Shown here piece by piece: positions 1 through 8,019 of a stretch of DNA of 64,000 nucleotides. Both the position numbers and the translations under genes were made by a program. Source of the stretch: Pelagomonas calceolata (lineage: Eukaryota); the NCBI GenBank assembly GCA_918797485.1, contig CAKKNE010000001.1, forward strand, positions 1,612,001 to 1,676,000, written 5' to 3'. The notes under the pieces are model-generated. The model was not told the origin of the DNA and ran no database searches. It was given only the letters and a program-made list of their open reading frames with translations. Each line of letters opens with the position of its first letter. The first letter of the stretch is position 1.

Positions 1-498
1 ATGCCCACCGCCGTGCCAATGCCCGCGACGGTACCGCCGCCGCGGCCGATACCGCCGCCGCCGCCGGGCCGGCCGCCGGCCGGAGCACTCCCGCCGCCGC
101 CGCCGCGGCCGCCGACGGGACTGCCTCCTCCGCCGCCGCGGCCGCCGTCGGCGCCGTTGCCGCCTCCTCGGGCGCCGCCGACGATCGTCCGCGCGGCGGG
201 GCCACCGCCGGGCCCGCCACCGGGGCCTCCGCCGCGAGGACCGCCACCGGGACCGCCGCCGCGCCGCCCGAGCGCGCATCTCGCGCCGCCGTCGACGCCG
301 GCGCCCGTGCCCCCGCCGCCCGTCGCGCCGCCGCCACGGCCACCTCCGCCGCGGCCTCCTTTGCTACCTGCCCCGGCAGTCGTGGTCGCACCTGCGCGGA
401 AATTGGCTCCGCCGCCGCCGCCGCTCCTTTCGCCGTGCGCGCGGCCCGCGGTGAAGGTCGTGCTCCCTACGCGCGCGCCGCTGGGGAGTAGGAATTGA
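1..498 (+). CDS. Proline-rich low-complexity protein, probably the C-terminal part of a gene starting upstream of the window
   Basis: Open frame from the window edge to TGA 498; polyproline/PPR tracts, no recognisable domain. Confidence 0.45.
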   Translation: MPTAVPMPATVPPPRPIPPPPPGRPPAGALPPPPPRPPTGLPPPPPRPPSAPLPPPRAPPTIVRAAGPPPGPPPGPPPRGPPPGPPPRRPSAHLAPPSTPAPVPPPPVAPPPRPPPPRPPLLPAPAVVVAPARKLAPPPPPLLSPCARPAVKVVLPTRAPLGSRN

Positions 499-703
499 GT
501 CTATTCCTTCCACCCGTGGTTCGTCGTTGCTGTACTACTGAAGCCGGCACTCCTGTTCCGTTACCGTACGTCGGCACGAGATAGTCTCCTTTTCCATTAC
601 CGTGCTAAGACTAGCGTGCGGAGCCCCAGGGGAAGACGCGCGTCGCCGAATCACCGGCCTCGGGCGCCGGCCGCGTCCAGGAACCTAGAGCTATCCATTA
701 TTC

Positions 704-726
704 CTAGTGTCTTACATGCCGCTAAC
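704..726 (+). promoter_or_regulatory. CTAG-box element, putative promoter motif
   Basis: ctagtgtcttacatgccgctaac, ~210 bp upstream of the BAR-SH3 ATG. Confidence 0.6.
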
Positions 727-935
727 AAAAAAAGTTAGTCTTGCCCGGATTTTGCCTCGAGCAGCAGTTTCGCGGCGACTACGCCCTCGGACGTAGGTCC
801 AGGGCTGCGGGAATCGTGGTGAAGACCGCAAGGTCTTCGACTGTACCTTGGTAGCTGCCGCTCGCGGGCTCACACTTTGGAAGCCGTGAGACCACCCAGC
901 GCTTTCTAAGGCCGCGCGGGCGCTGAGACGTGACG

Positions 936-3065
936 ATGAACGCCTTCAAGCGCGCCAGCCTCAAGCTCAGCCACGCCGTCAAGCACAAGACGTTGAGTGG
1001 CGGGTCCACCGAGGAGATCGTGGACGAAGCTTTAGAGAAGCGACTGAGTGAACACAAAGCGTATGAAGAAAAAGTGAAGACGCTGCAAGCCTTGACGTTG
1101 GATGCGCGCGCGCAATTAGGAGAAGTTTTTCTCCAAATCGGCAACGCGGCGCAATGCGTCGAACAATTGTCAGATCATCAGCTCGACCCGGCCTCGGCAC
1201 GCGCGACGCTAGGCCTGCCGCCGGAGCCCGGCGACGACCCGAAGGCCGACGAGCAGACGTTCTTGATGCTCCTAGAAATAGCAGACAAGGCGAAAGTCGT
1301 GGGAGGTGCGATGCAGGAGGCCTTTCATGGTGCCTTCGGCGAGGGTCTCCAGAACGCCCTCCTCGCACCGTTGGAGCAGGAGACGCAAGCCTTCAAGGAC
1401 ACGGCGAAGAAATTGGAAGATCAGCATCGCACGGCCATGGAGGCGAGGCACTACCGCGAGAAGATCGTGAGTATGAATGCTGGGAAAACGAAAAACGACC
1501 CCGAGAAACTCGCGCGGAATGCTGGTAAGTCTGCGGAGGCCGAACGAGCGGCAGCAGACGCCAAGAAGGCTTTGGAAGATGCCTTTGCCGCGCACGATGC
1601 GGCTCGCTTGGACATCTGCTGCAAAAGGGTGGGTCATCTCAAAGGCATGCTGCATCGCTTCTGCGAGCTCGTACTGACGGCGTTGTCCATGGATGCGTCC
1701 ATGGTCAAGCTCACGAAAGGTAAAACCGAATTAGATGCGTCCAACGTCTACGGGGACGTGAATGTGATGTCGATAGCCGATCGCCTGAAGAAGGGCATGG
1801 GGTTGACCGAGCGGACGACGCCGCCGAAGCGGCACTTGAAATTGGCTCACTACAAGGCCCACGCGCGCACCGCGTTCACGACCGGTAAACAGAGTGGGGA
1901 AGACAAGCCGGTCGACGCGGAAGAGCGCGAGGTCGACGAGATGACGCTACGGTTCAACCAGTCCACGGAACAGCTCCAAAACCTCCTGAAGACGACGGAG
2001 GACGTGGCCAAGTGGTACGAGTCCGGGTTTAGAGGCATGGTGGCGGTTGCCGGGGAGTTGCCGGCGTTTGCTTCGGATTCCGATCCCTCGGAAAGGACCG
2101 CCGCGGTGCTCACTTTTCATGCTACTCTCGAGGAGGTGTCGGCGGCTCTAGCGGAGCAGTTCCTAGGACCGTTTCAATCTTCCGTGATAGAACCCTTGAA
2201 ACAAGGTCTGGAGGAGTACCGGGACACGACGCAGATGCTCCAAGATCGCAAGGCCAAAAAAATGGAGCGGGACCACTACCAGGCCAAGCTCGAAAACTTG
2301 GAAAGGGAAAAAGTCGAAAAGGACTCGCTGGAGAAGACCACAGTGAAGCAAAAACAAGAGCTAGCCGACCGACTCACTAGAAATAGGACCAAGGCCTTCG
2401 AAACAGCCGAAGAAGCGAAACAAGCCACGAAAGAAGTCAGAGATAGATTGCGAGCCTACTCCAAGTTCGCGCGGGGCCAGTGCCAGGCGGTGGGGGATGC
2501 TCTTGTACCTCTACAAAGGGATTTTTACGTTGCTTTTGCCGAGAAGGTCGTGAAGGGTCTTGCATTGGACCCCGACGCGACGCCGGTAGATCAGCGCGCC
2601 GCCGACAAGCTCAAGGACCTCATGGCGCGGGGCCTGGCCGTGCCGAACGCGGGCATGACGACGGACCGAGGCGCGGCGGCCGCGTTCCAGATGCGGCAGC
2701 CGACGGGGCCCCCCAAGACGCCGGAGGAGAGTCTTGCGGGCAAGGCTCCTCTCAGCGCGGGCGAGACGGAACGGGTGCGGGACTTCATGGTCGCGGAAAC
2801 CTCAAAACCGCCCGACCAATTGCCGCCCGCGCCGCTGCCGCCGCCGGCGACAGAGGAAAAGGTCCTGCCGCCGGGCATGATGGAGGTCGTCGGGACCTTC
2901 GACTTCGCGGCGGACCAGCCCGGGGACCTGGGCTTCAAGGCCGGCGACGTCATCCTCACGGACGCGGCGGCCTTCGCGGCCGCGGGCGACTCGGGCGGCT
3001 GGGTCTCGGGCGAGCTCAACGGCAAGCAGGGGTCCTTCCCCTCGAACTACTGCGCGCCGAAGTAG
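936..3065 (+). CDS. Tandem BAR-like domains plus C-terminal SH3 (amphiphysin/endophilin-like)
   Basis: Two related helical blocks (MEARHYREKI...KLARN / MERDHYQAKL...RLTRN), then a Pro-rich linker and SH3 motifs FDFAADQPGDLGFKAGDVI, GGWVSGELNGKQGSFPSNY. Confidence 0.8.
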   Translation: MNAFKRASLKLSHAVKHKTLSGGSTEEIVDEALEKRLSEHKAYEEKVKTLQALTLDARAQLGEVFLQIGNAAQCVEQLSDHQLDPASARATLGLPPEPGDDPKADEQTFLMLLEIADKAKVVGGAMQEAFHGAFGEGLQNALLAPLEQETQAFKDTAKKLEDQHRTAMEARHYREKIVSMNAGKTKNDPEKLARNAGKSAEAERAAADAKKALEDAFAAHDAARLDICCKRVGHLKGMLHRFCELVLTALSMDASMVKLTKGKTELDASNVYGDVNVMSIADRLKKGMGLTERTTPPKRHLKLAHYKAHARTAFTTGKQSGEDKPVDAEEREVDEMTLRFNQSTEQLQNLLKTTEDVAKWYESGFRGMVAVAGELPAFASDSDPSERTAAVLTFHATLEEVSAALAEQFLGPFQSSVIEPLKQGLEEYRDTTQMLQDRKAKKMERDHYQAKLENLEREKVEKDSLEKTTVKQKQELADRLTRNRTKAFETAEEAKQATKEVRDRLRAYSKFARGQCQAVGDALVPLQRDFYVAFAEKVVKGLALDPDATPVDQRAADKLKDLMARGLAVPNAGMTTDRGAAAAFQMRQPTGPPKTPEESLAGKAPLSAGETERVRDFMVAETSKPPDQLPPAPLPPPATEEKVLPPGMMEVVGTFDFAADQPGDLGFKAGDVILTDAAAFAAAGDSGGWVSGELNGKQGSFPSNYCAPK

Positions 3066-3196
3066 GGTAGGTCGCGCCCCCCTCCTAGCGGGTACAGGAC
3101 ACATTACATCTGACATCGAACCGTGGTCGGGATGCCGCGTCGACGGCGTCGTGCTGACGCCGTCGACGCGACGCGCCGCCGGGCCATTGGCACACG

Positions 3197-3748
3197 TCAC
3201 AAGGCAGTGGCCGTCGGCAGGTCCGCGCTCGGCGCGCCGTCGACGGGGACGGCCTCGGCCCAGACGCAGGTCTCGGCCTCGGCCGCGCTCGCCACGCGGG
3301 CGGAGGCCTGGATCGCCGCGGTGTTCGTGGTGCCGCCGGAACGCGCTGCGCGGACGGCGCGGAAGAACACGCTCGCAAACTGCGCCGCGCCGGCACTCAA
3401 AAATTCGAGCGTCCACCGCACCGTGGCGCCGTCCTGCATCGCCAGCCCGGTGAGGTAATTCGCGCCGAAGATGGGCTGCATGTACTCCTCGCGATGGATC
3501 GCGGTGAGCGGTATGCGCGCACCAATGCCGCTGTCGCTCGAGAGCCGCAGCACGGCTAGTGAGAGGAACGCCTCAGTGCCCGTAATTTTGGCGTTTCGCG
3601 ACTCATCAATGACCTCCCAGCGGACGCGTCGTCTCAATAATCTCGCCGCCGGATCCTCGTCGTCGTCGAACAATTGTGCTTCGGGCACAGCCCATGGCGG
3701 GCCGAGCTGAGCTTGTGGCTGGCGGCTGCGGGTAAACCAGGATGCCAT
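3197..3748 (-). CDS. WBP2-like PH-GRAM domain protein
   Basis: IPLTAIHREEYMQPIFGANYLTG...WTLEFLSAGAAQF resembles the WBP2 GRAM signature (QPxFGANY). Confidence 0.65.
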   Translation of the reverse strand: MASWFTRSRQPQAQLGPPWAVPEAQLFDDDEDPAARLLRRRVRWEVIDESRNAKITGTEAFLSLAVLRLSSDSGIGARIPLTAIHREEYMQPIFGANYLTGLAMQDGATVRWTLEFLSAGAAQFASVFFRAVRAARSGGTTNTAAIQASARVASAAEAETCVWAEAVPVDGAPSADLPTATAL

Positions 3749-3884
3749 TATGCTCTTATGCAGTGTGCAGTGTTGTAAGAGCTCTCACGCTCGCGCTGCA
3801 CTCGCGCTGCACTCGTGCGATCCAGACCTGCCGACGCCCTTTATCTATAGGCAGTCGAGCAACCTGGGCTTTGCCTCCGAGCTT

Positions 3885-3908
3885 GCTAGTGTCTTACTGG
3901 CCGCTAGC
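3885..3908 (+). promoter_or_regulatory. CTAG-box element
   Basis: gctagtgtcttactggccgctagc between divergent genes. Confidence 0.65.
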
Positions 3909-4231
3909 TCTGTCAGGATACCTCCCACGCCTCCGAGGGTGTGGGTTGCAAGCAACAGTACCTGTCTTTGGAGAGGTCCGCCAAGAAAAAAGCTCTGCAG
4001 CGCTTGCAGCGCTCTGCGAGCTGTGCTTGTGCGCCGCGCATTTCGCAACCCGTGAGAGGCATCGAGCACGCTGCACGTACACATGATGACGCAAACAGTG
4101 CGCACCTAGCTGCCCGCGGCGCTGCGCAAGCCTTGGGGCTGCCCCTTGCAACGCACTCGTGCTGCCGCCGCAAGAGCCGCGGTGCTGCGTAAAAGCCATA
4201 AGGGGCTGCCCCGTGACAGGAGTGACAGGCC

Positions 4232-6171
4232 ATGGGCAAGGGCGGCCGGCAGGTGGTCCCGGCGCCGCCGCTCGCCGGGCCGTCCAGCCGTCCGGGCTCG
4301 GCCGTAAGTCGTCCAGGCTCTGCCACCGCCAGCCGCCCGGGCACGAAGGACCTCCGCCACCGCGCCGCCGCGCGCCGCGCAAAGGACCCGACCTCGGACA
4401 AGGAGCGGCTCCGCGCCAAGTTCATCGAGCAAGTCAAGTCGTACATCGGCACGCCCTACGCGGAGAGATATCACAAGGAAGGCGACGAATTGTACGGCCA
4501 GCCCTTGTATCTCGACTGCTGCGGGCTCTTCCGGCAAGTCTTGCGAGATATGAGAGAGGACTTCGGCTTCGATGTGGGGCCGTGGAACCAGTGCTACCTC
4601 TATGCAACCTTACCGACGAAGCTGTCGTTCAAAGACGTCAAGCCCGGTGATTTACTGTTCGTCCAGGGCCGCTACACACGTGGACGAGAGCGGCGCCAGA
4701 AAGGGGATATTGTACATGTGGAGATGTACCTCGGAGAAGATCTCGGGAGCGGTCCCGAGTCCACATTAGCATCTAGAGATCATTGGGGCTGCGTATCCAT
4801 CCAAGACTCGTTCAAGTACGCGAGCCCGTGGTACGAGATCACCGCACTCCATTGGAGAAGCTTGGACGACTGGCTCGAGGGGCGCTGCGACCCGGTCGCC
4901 ATGCCGGGATGCTTTCGGTCGCACGACCCCTACGGCGAGAAGGTCCTCGACCAGCCGTTTCGGTCCCACACGTCGTTCTTCCGGGACCCCGAGGCCTGGC
5001 GCTGGCTCGCGCAGATCGGGCTGTTCCGGGCCGCTTGCCGAGCAGCGGCGCAACGGCGACCCTTACGCGTCTGGTCGTGCGGGTGCTCTTCCGGCGAGGA
5101 GTTGTACAGTCTCGCGTTATTGTACAGGCACCGCATCGTGCCGGTCCTGGGGGCGAAGGCGCCGCGGCTCGAGTGCGTGGGGTCGGACGTCCGGCAAGAC
5201 TTGCTAGACAAGGCAGCTGACGTGCGCGAGCGGCGGTGGACGCAGGCGGCAATTCGGACGGTGCCCCTCGATATACTGAAGAAGGGCTTCCGGGCCACCG
5301 CGTCGGCGACGACGCGCGCCTATTGCTTGCGCGATTCAACGCTGGCGTCGCCTTCCGTGTGGAAATTAATCCTTCGGCCTTGACGCCATCGACGGCGTCT
5401 CAGATGTGATTTCCACGCAGGTCGTCCTTCGCGTTCAGGATCGAGGACGCGGCCTGCGACGCGCCCGACGACGAACCTGATATCTTTGACTTGGTGCTGT
5501 GCCGCTATGCAGCGTTCCTCTACTGCGACGCGCCCGGCGCCCTCCGCGCGGCGGATCGCATCTCGTCGCGCCTTGCGCCGGGCGGCGTCGTGCTGCTTGG
5601 AGCGACGGACCCCATGCCGCGCGACTGCTCGCTCGAGCCGGTGCCCAATTCGACAAACGCCTGGACCCTCGATCCCGAAGCCGACGCGGCGCTGACGAGC
5701 GGCCGGCTCGCGCAGCCGACGCTCGACGCCTACAAAGCGGCGCGGCGGCGACGGCCCGCGCGGCCGCGTCGGAGCGCCTCGGAGCCGCCGCGGCGCCCGG
5801 TGGCGCGCGAGGACAGCGTCGTGAGGCGCCGGCGCGCCGCGTCCGTCGCCGCGCGCCGGCGCGCGGCCTCGGCGGCGCAAAAGCGCGCGGCGCAACCGCC
5901 CGCCGCGCCGAAGGAATCGAAGCTTATCTGGCGCCCGTCGACGCGAGGTGCGCCCGCGCGCCCGCCGCCGCCGCCGCCGCGCCGGCGAACGTCCTCGCGC
6001 CCGTCGAAGCCGTTCCTCTCGCGCCTGGCGGACCAGGCCGAACAGCATGCGGAAAAATTGAAGCAGCTCCGCGCGAAGACGCGGAAGGAGTGGAAGGAGG
6101 CGGGGCGGCCTTGCAAGCCGAAGCGTCGGAAGCGCCGGAAACGGAAAACGGCGAAGGTCGCGCCGCTGTGA
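4232..6171 (+). CDS. NlpC/P60-like domain fused to CheR-type SAM methyltransferase (2 exons: 4232-5346, 5421-6171)
   Basis: NlpC/P60 motifs YIGTPY, LDCCGL, PGDLLF, HVEMYLG. CheR motifs TSFFRD, RVWSCGCSSGEELYSLA, GSDV, FDLVLCRY, LAPGGVVLLG. Removing GT..AG intron 5347-5420 joins the two ORFs in frame. Confidence 0.75.
5347..5420 (+). mobile_element. Introner-like intron, family A (short, degenerate)
   Basis: GT donor at 5347; inverted ends ccgtgtggaaatt (5355) / gatttccacgcag (to 5420); imperfect 8-bp duplication gtcgcctt vs gtcgtcct. Confidence 0.65.
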
Positions 6172-6184
6172 ATAAGAATAGTTA

Positions 6185-7321
6185 CTACTTTCGCGCTCGC
6201 CGCTTGTACTCGGCGAGGCGCTTCTGGATCTTGTCGCACGCGCGCGACGCGTCCTTGGCCTCCTGCGCGTTGCCGAGCTTTTCGTGGGCCTTCGCGACGC
6301 ACGAGAGGACCTTCATGCGCCGCTCGTCGCGCTCCGCGTTCACGCGCGACGACATCGCCGGGACGTCTCTTTTGAGGTCGTCGAGGAGCTGCAGCGCGCC
6401 CTTGTACGACGCGAGCGCGGCCTGGAAGTCCTTCTTCTGGTAGTCGTCGGTGCCGGCGTTCTGCAGCTCCTTGATGCGCGCCCGGGCCGCCTTCTCGGCG
6501 TCTTCCGGGTTTGGTGGAGGCGGCGCGGGGGCCGGCGCGGGCGGCGGCGCCGGCGGCGCCGCGCCCATGCGCTCCAGCGCTTTCCGCGCCGCGTCCGACC
6601 CGGTGAACGCCGGCGCGGGCGGCGCGGGCGGCAGGGGCACGGGCGGCGGCGCGCCGACGCCGTCCCAGGCGTGGCCGACGGCACCGGCGCCTCCGCTTGC
6701 CCTGGGCATCGGCGGCGCCGTCGGCATGGCCGGCGCCTTGTTCCGCGCGCGGGGGTCGTTCGCGCGCGGCGACGTCGGCTTCTTCGGGGCCGCGGCGGCC
6801 GCGGGCGCCTGGCTCATCCAGGCGGGCGTCGTCAGGCCGCGCCCGCGCCCGCCGCCGGCCGGCGGCGGCGGCGGCGCCGCCGCCGCGCCGCTCGAGAAGG
6901 CGGCGGCGGCGCGCTTCGCGGCGGCGATGCGCGGGTCCTCCTGGGGAGCGGCCGCGCCCCAGCCGCCGCCCGCTTGCGGCGGCGGCTGGCCCCACCCGCC
7001 CTGTGCCGGCGGCGGTGCGCCCCAGCCACCCTGTGCCGGCGGTGGTGCGCCCCAGCCACCCTGTGCCGGCGGCGGTGCGCCCCAGCCGCCGTTTGCGGGC
7101 GGGGGCGCGCCCCAGCCGCCTCCTTGCGGCGGCGGCGGCTGCTGCGGCGGGCCGTCGTCGAAGCGCGAGCGCCTCTTCGGCGCCGGCTCGTCGCCGCCCG
7201 GCCTCTCGCGCTGCGCGGCCGCCTGCGACGCGCTCGCGAGCATGGAGTCGAGGGCGGCGTCGTTGCCGCCCTGCGTCATCCAAGCCGGGAGCGTCTGGCC
7301 CCGGCCGCGGCCCTGCGCCAT
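6185..7321 (-). CDS. Gly/Pro-rich protein with two GRGRG-x-LPAWM-like motifs and a C-terminal TPR-like helical pair
   Basis: GRGRGQTLPAWMT and GRGRGLTTPAWMS; (GGWGAPPPAQ)n repeat; TPR-like GTDDYQKKDFQAALASYKGAL. Confidence 0.65.
   Translation of the reverse strand: MAQGRGRGQTLPAWMTQGGNDAALDSMLASASQAAAQRERPGGDEPAPKRRSRFDDGPPQQPPPPQGGGWGAPPPANGGWGAPPPAQGGWGAPPPAQGGWGAPPPAQGGWGQPPPQAGGGWGAAAPQEDPRIAAAKRAAAAFSSGAAAAPPPPPAGGGRGRGLTTPAWMSQAPAAAAAPKKPTSPRANDPRARNKAPAMPTAPPMPRASGGAGAVGHAWDGVGAPPPVPLPPAPPAPAFTGSDAARKALERMGAAPPAPPPAPAPAPPPPNPEDAEKAARARIKELQNAGTDDYQKKDFQAALASYKGALQLLDDLKRDVPAMSSRVNAERDERRMKVLSCVAKAHEKLGNAQEAKDASRACDKIQKRLAEYKRRARK
6956..7135 (-). repeat. 30-bp coding tandem repeat (GGWGAPPPAQ, about 5 units)
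   Basis: Units such as gccccagccaccctgtgccggcggtggtgc repeated. Confidence 0.8.
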
Positions 7322-7527
7322 CTTTTTTTAGCAGTTTCTTCCTTGTCGGGCGCGTCTGCAGTGAAACCGCGAGTAGGCTCCACTTGAGTTGCTATAGCTC
7401 TGTCGCTCTCGTAACTGCCTCAGACGTTTGATTCGCGTTGCAGACGTTTGTTCTTAGCAACAGCCTTTGTGCACGGCAGCAGCGGCAGCGACTAAAGCGT
7501 TCGCCCTGTGCTGCTTGTCTAGGCATC

Positions 7528-7550
7528 CTAGTGTCTTACAGGCCGCTAGC
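7528..7550 (+). promoter_or_regulatory. CTAG-box element
   Basis: ctagtgtcttacaggccgctagc, ~207 bp upstream of the minus-strand ATG at 7321. Confidence 0.65.
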
Positions 7551-8019
7551 GATGTCGGGCCGATGCGGCTCAGATCTACCGGGAGTGGGGCGTGGCGATT
7601 GTCAAGGGTCGGGCCGAGTGTCTACTGGCTTTGTTGGAATGTACGGTGCCAAACGCGTCGCCGCGGTCCAAGGTCGCCTGCGGGAAGTCGCGGGACAAGT
7701 TGATTGAACGGGCGACGTTGCACATTGTTCCGGGGGGTTTGCCGAGGCGGTTCTGCTTAGAAGGAGGTACGCTGTTATGAAAGAAGCGGCTCGCGCCCGC
7801 CGCCGATGAATCGGCGACGTGCGTGTCTCCCTCTAGTGTCCCCCCCCCAGCCCTAGGCAGGGGCTCCGCCCACTAGTTCGACCGTAACAAGATCGGAGGG
7901 CCACTACTCCTAGCACCGTACCAAGAGATGTCTAGGCTAAAATAGAAGTACTAGTATATTAAGATAAGAAAGAAACTTCCGAAGAGAGGGGTCCCGCCAC
8001 CGAGACGAAAACGAGGCGC

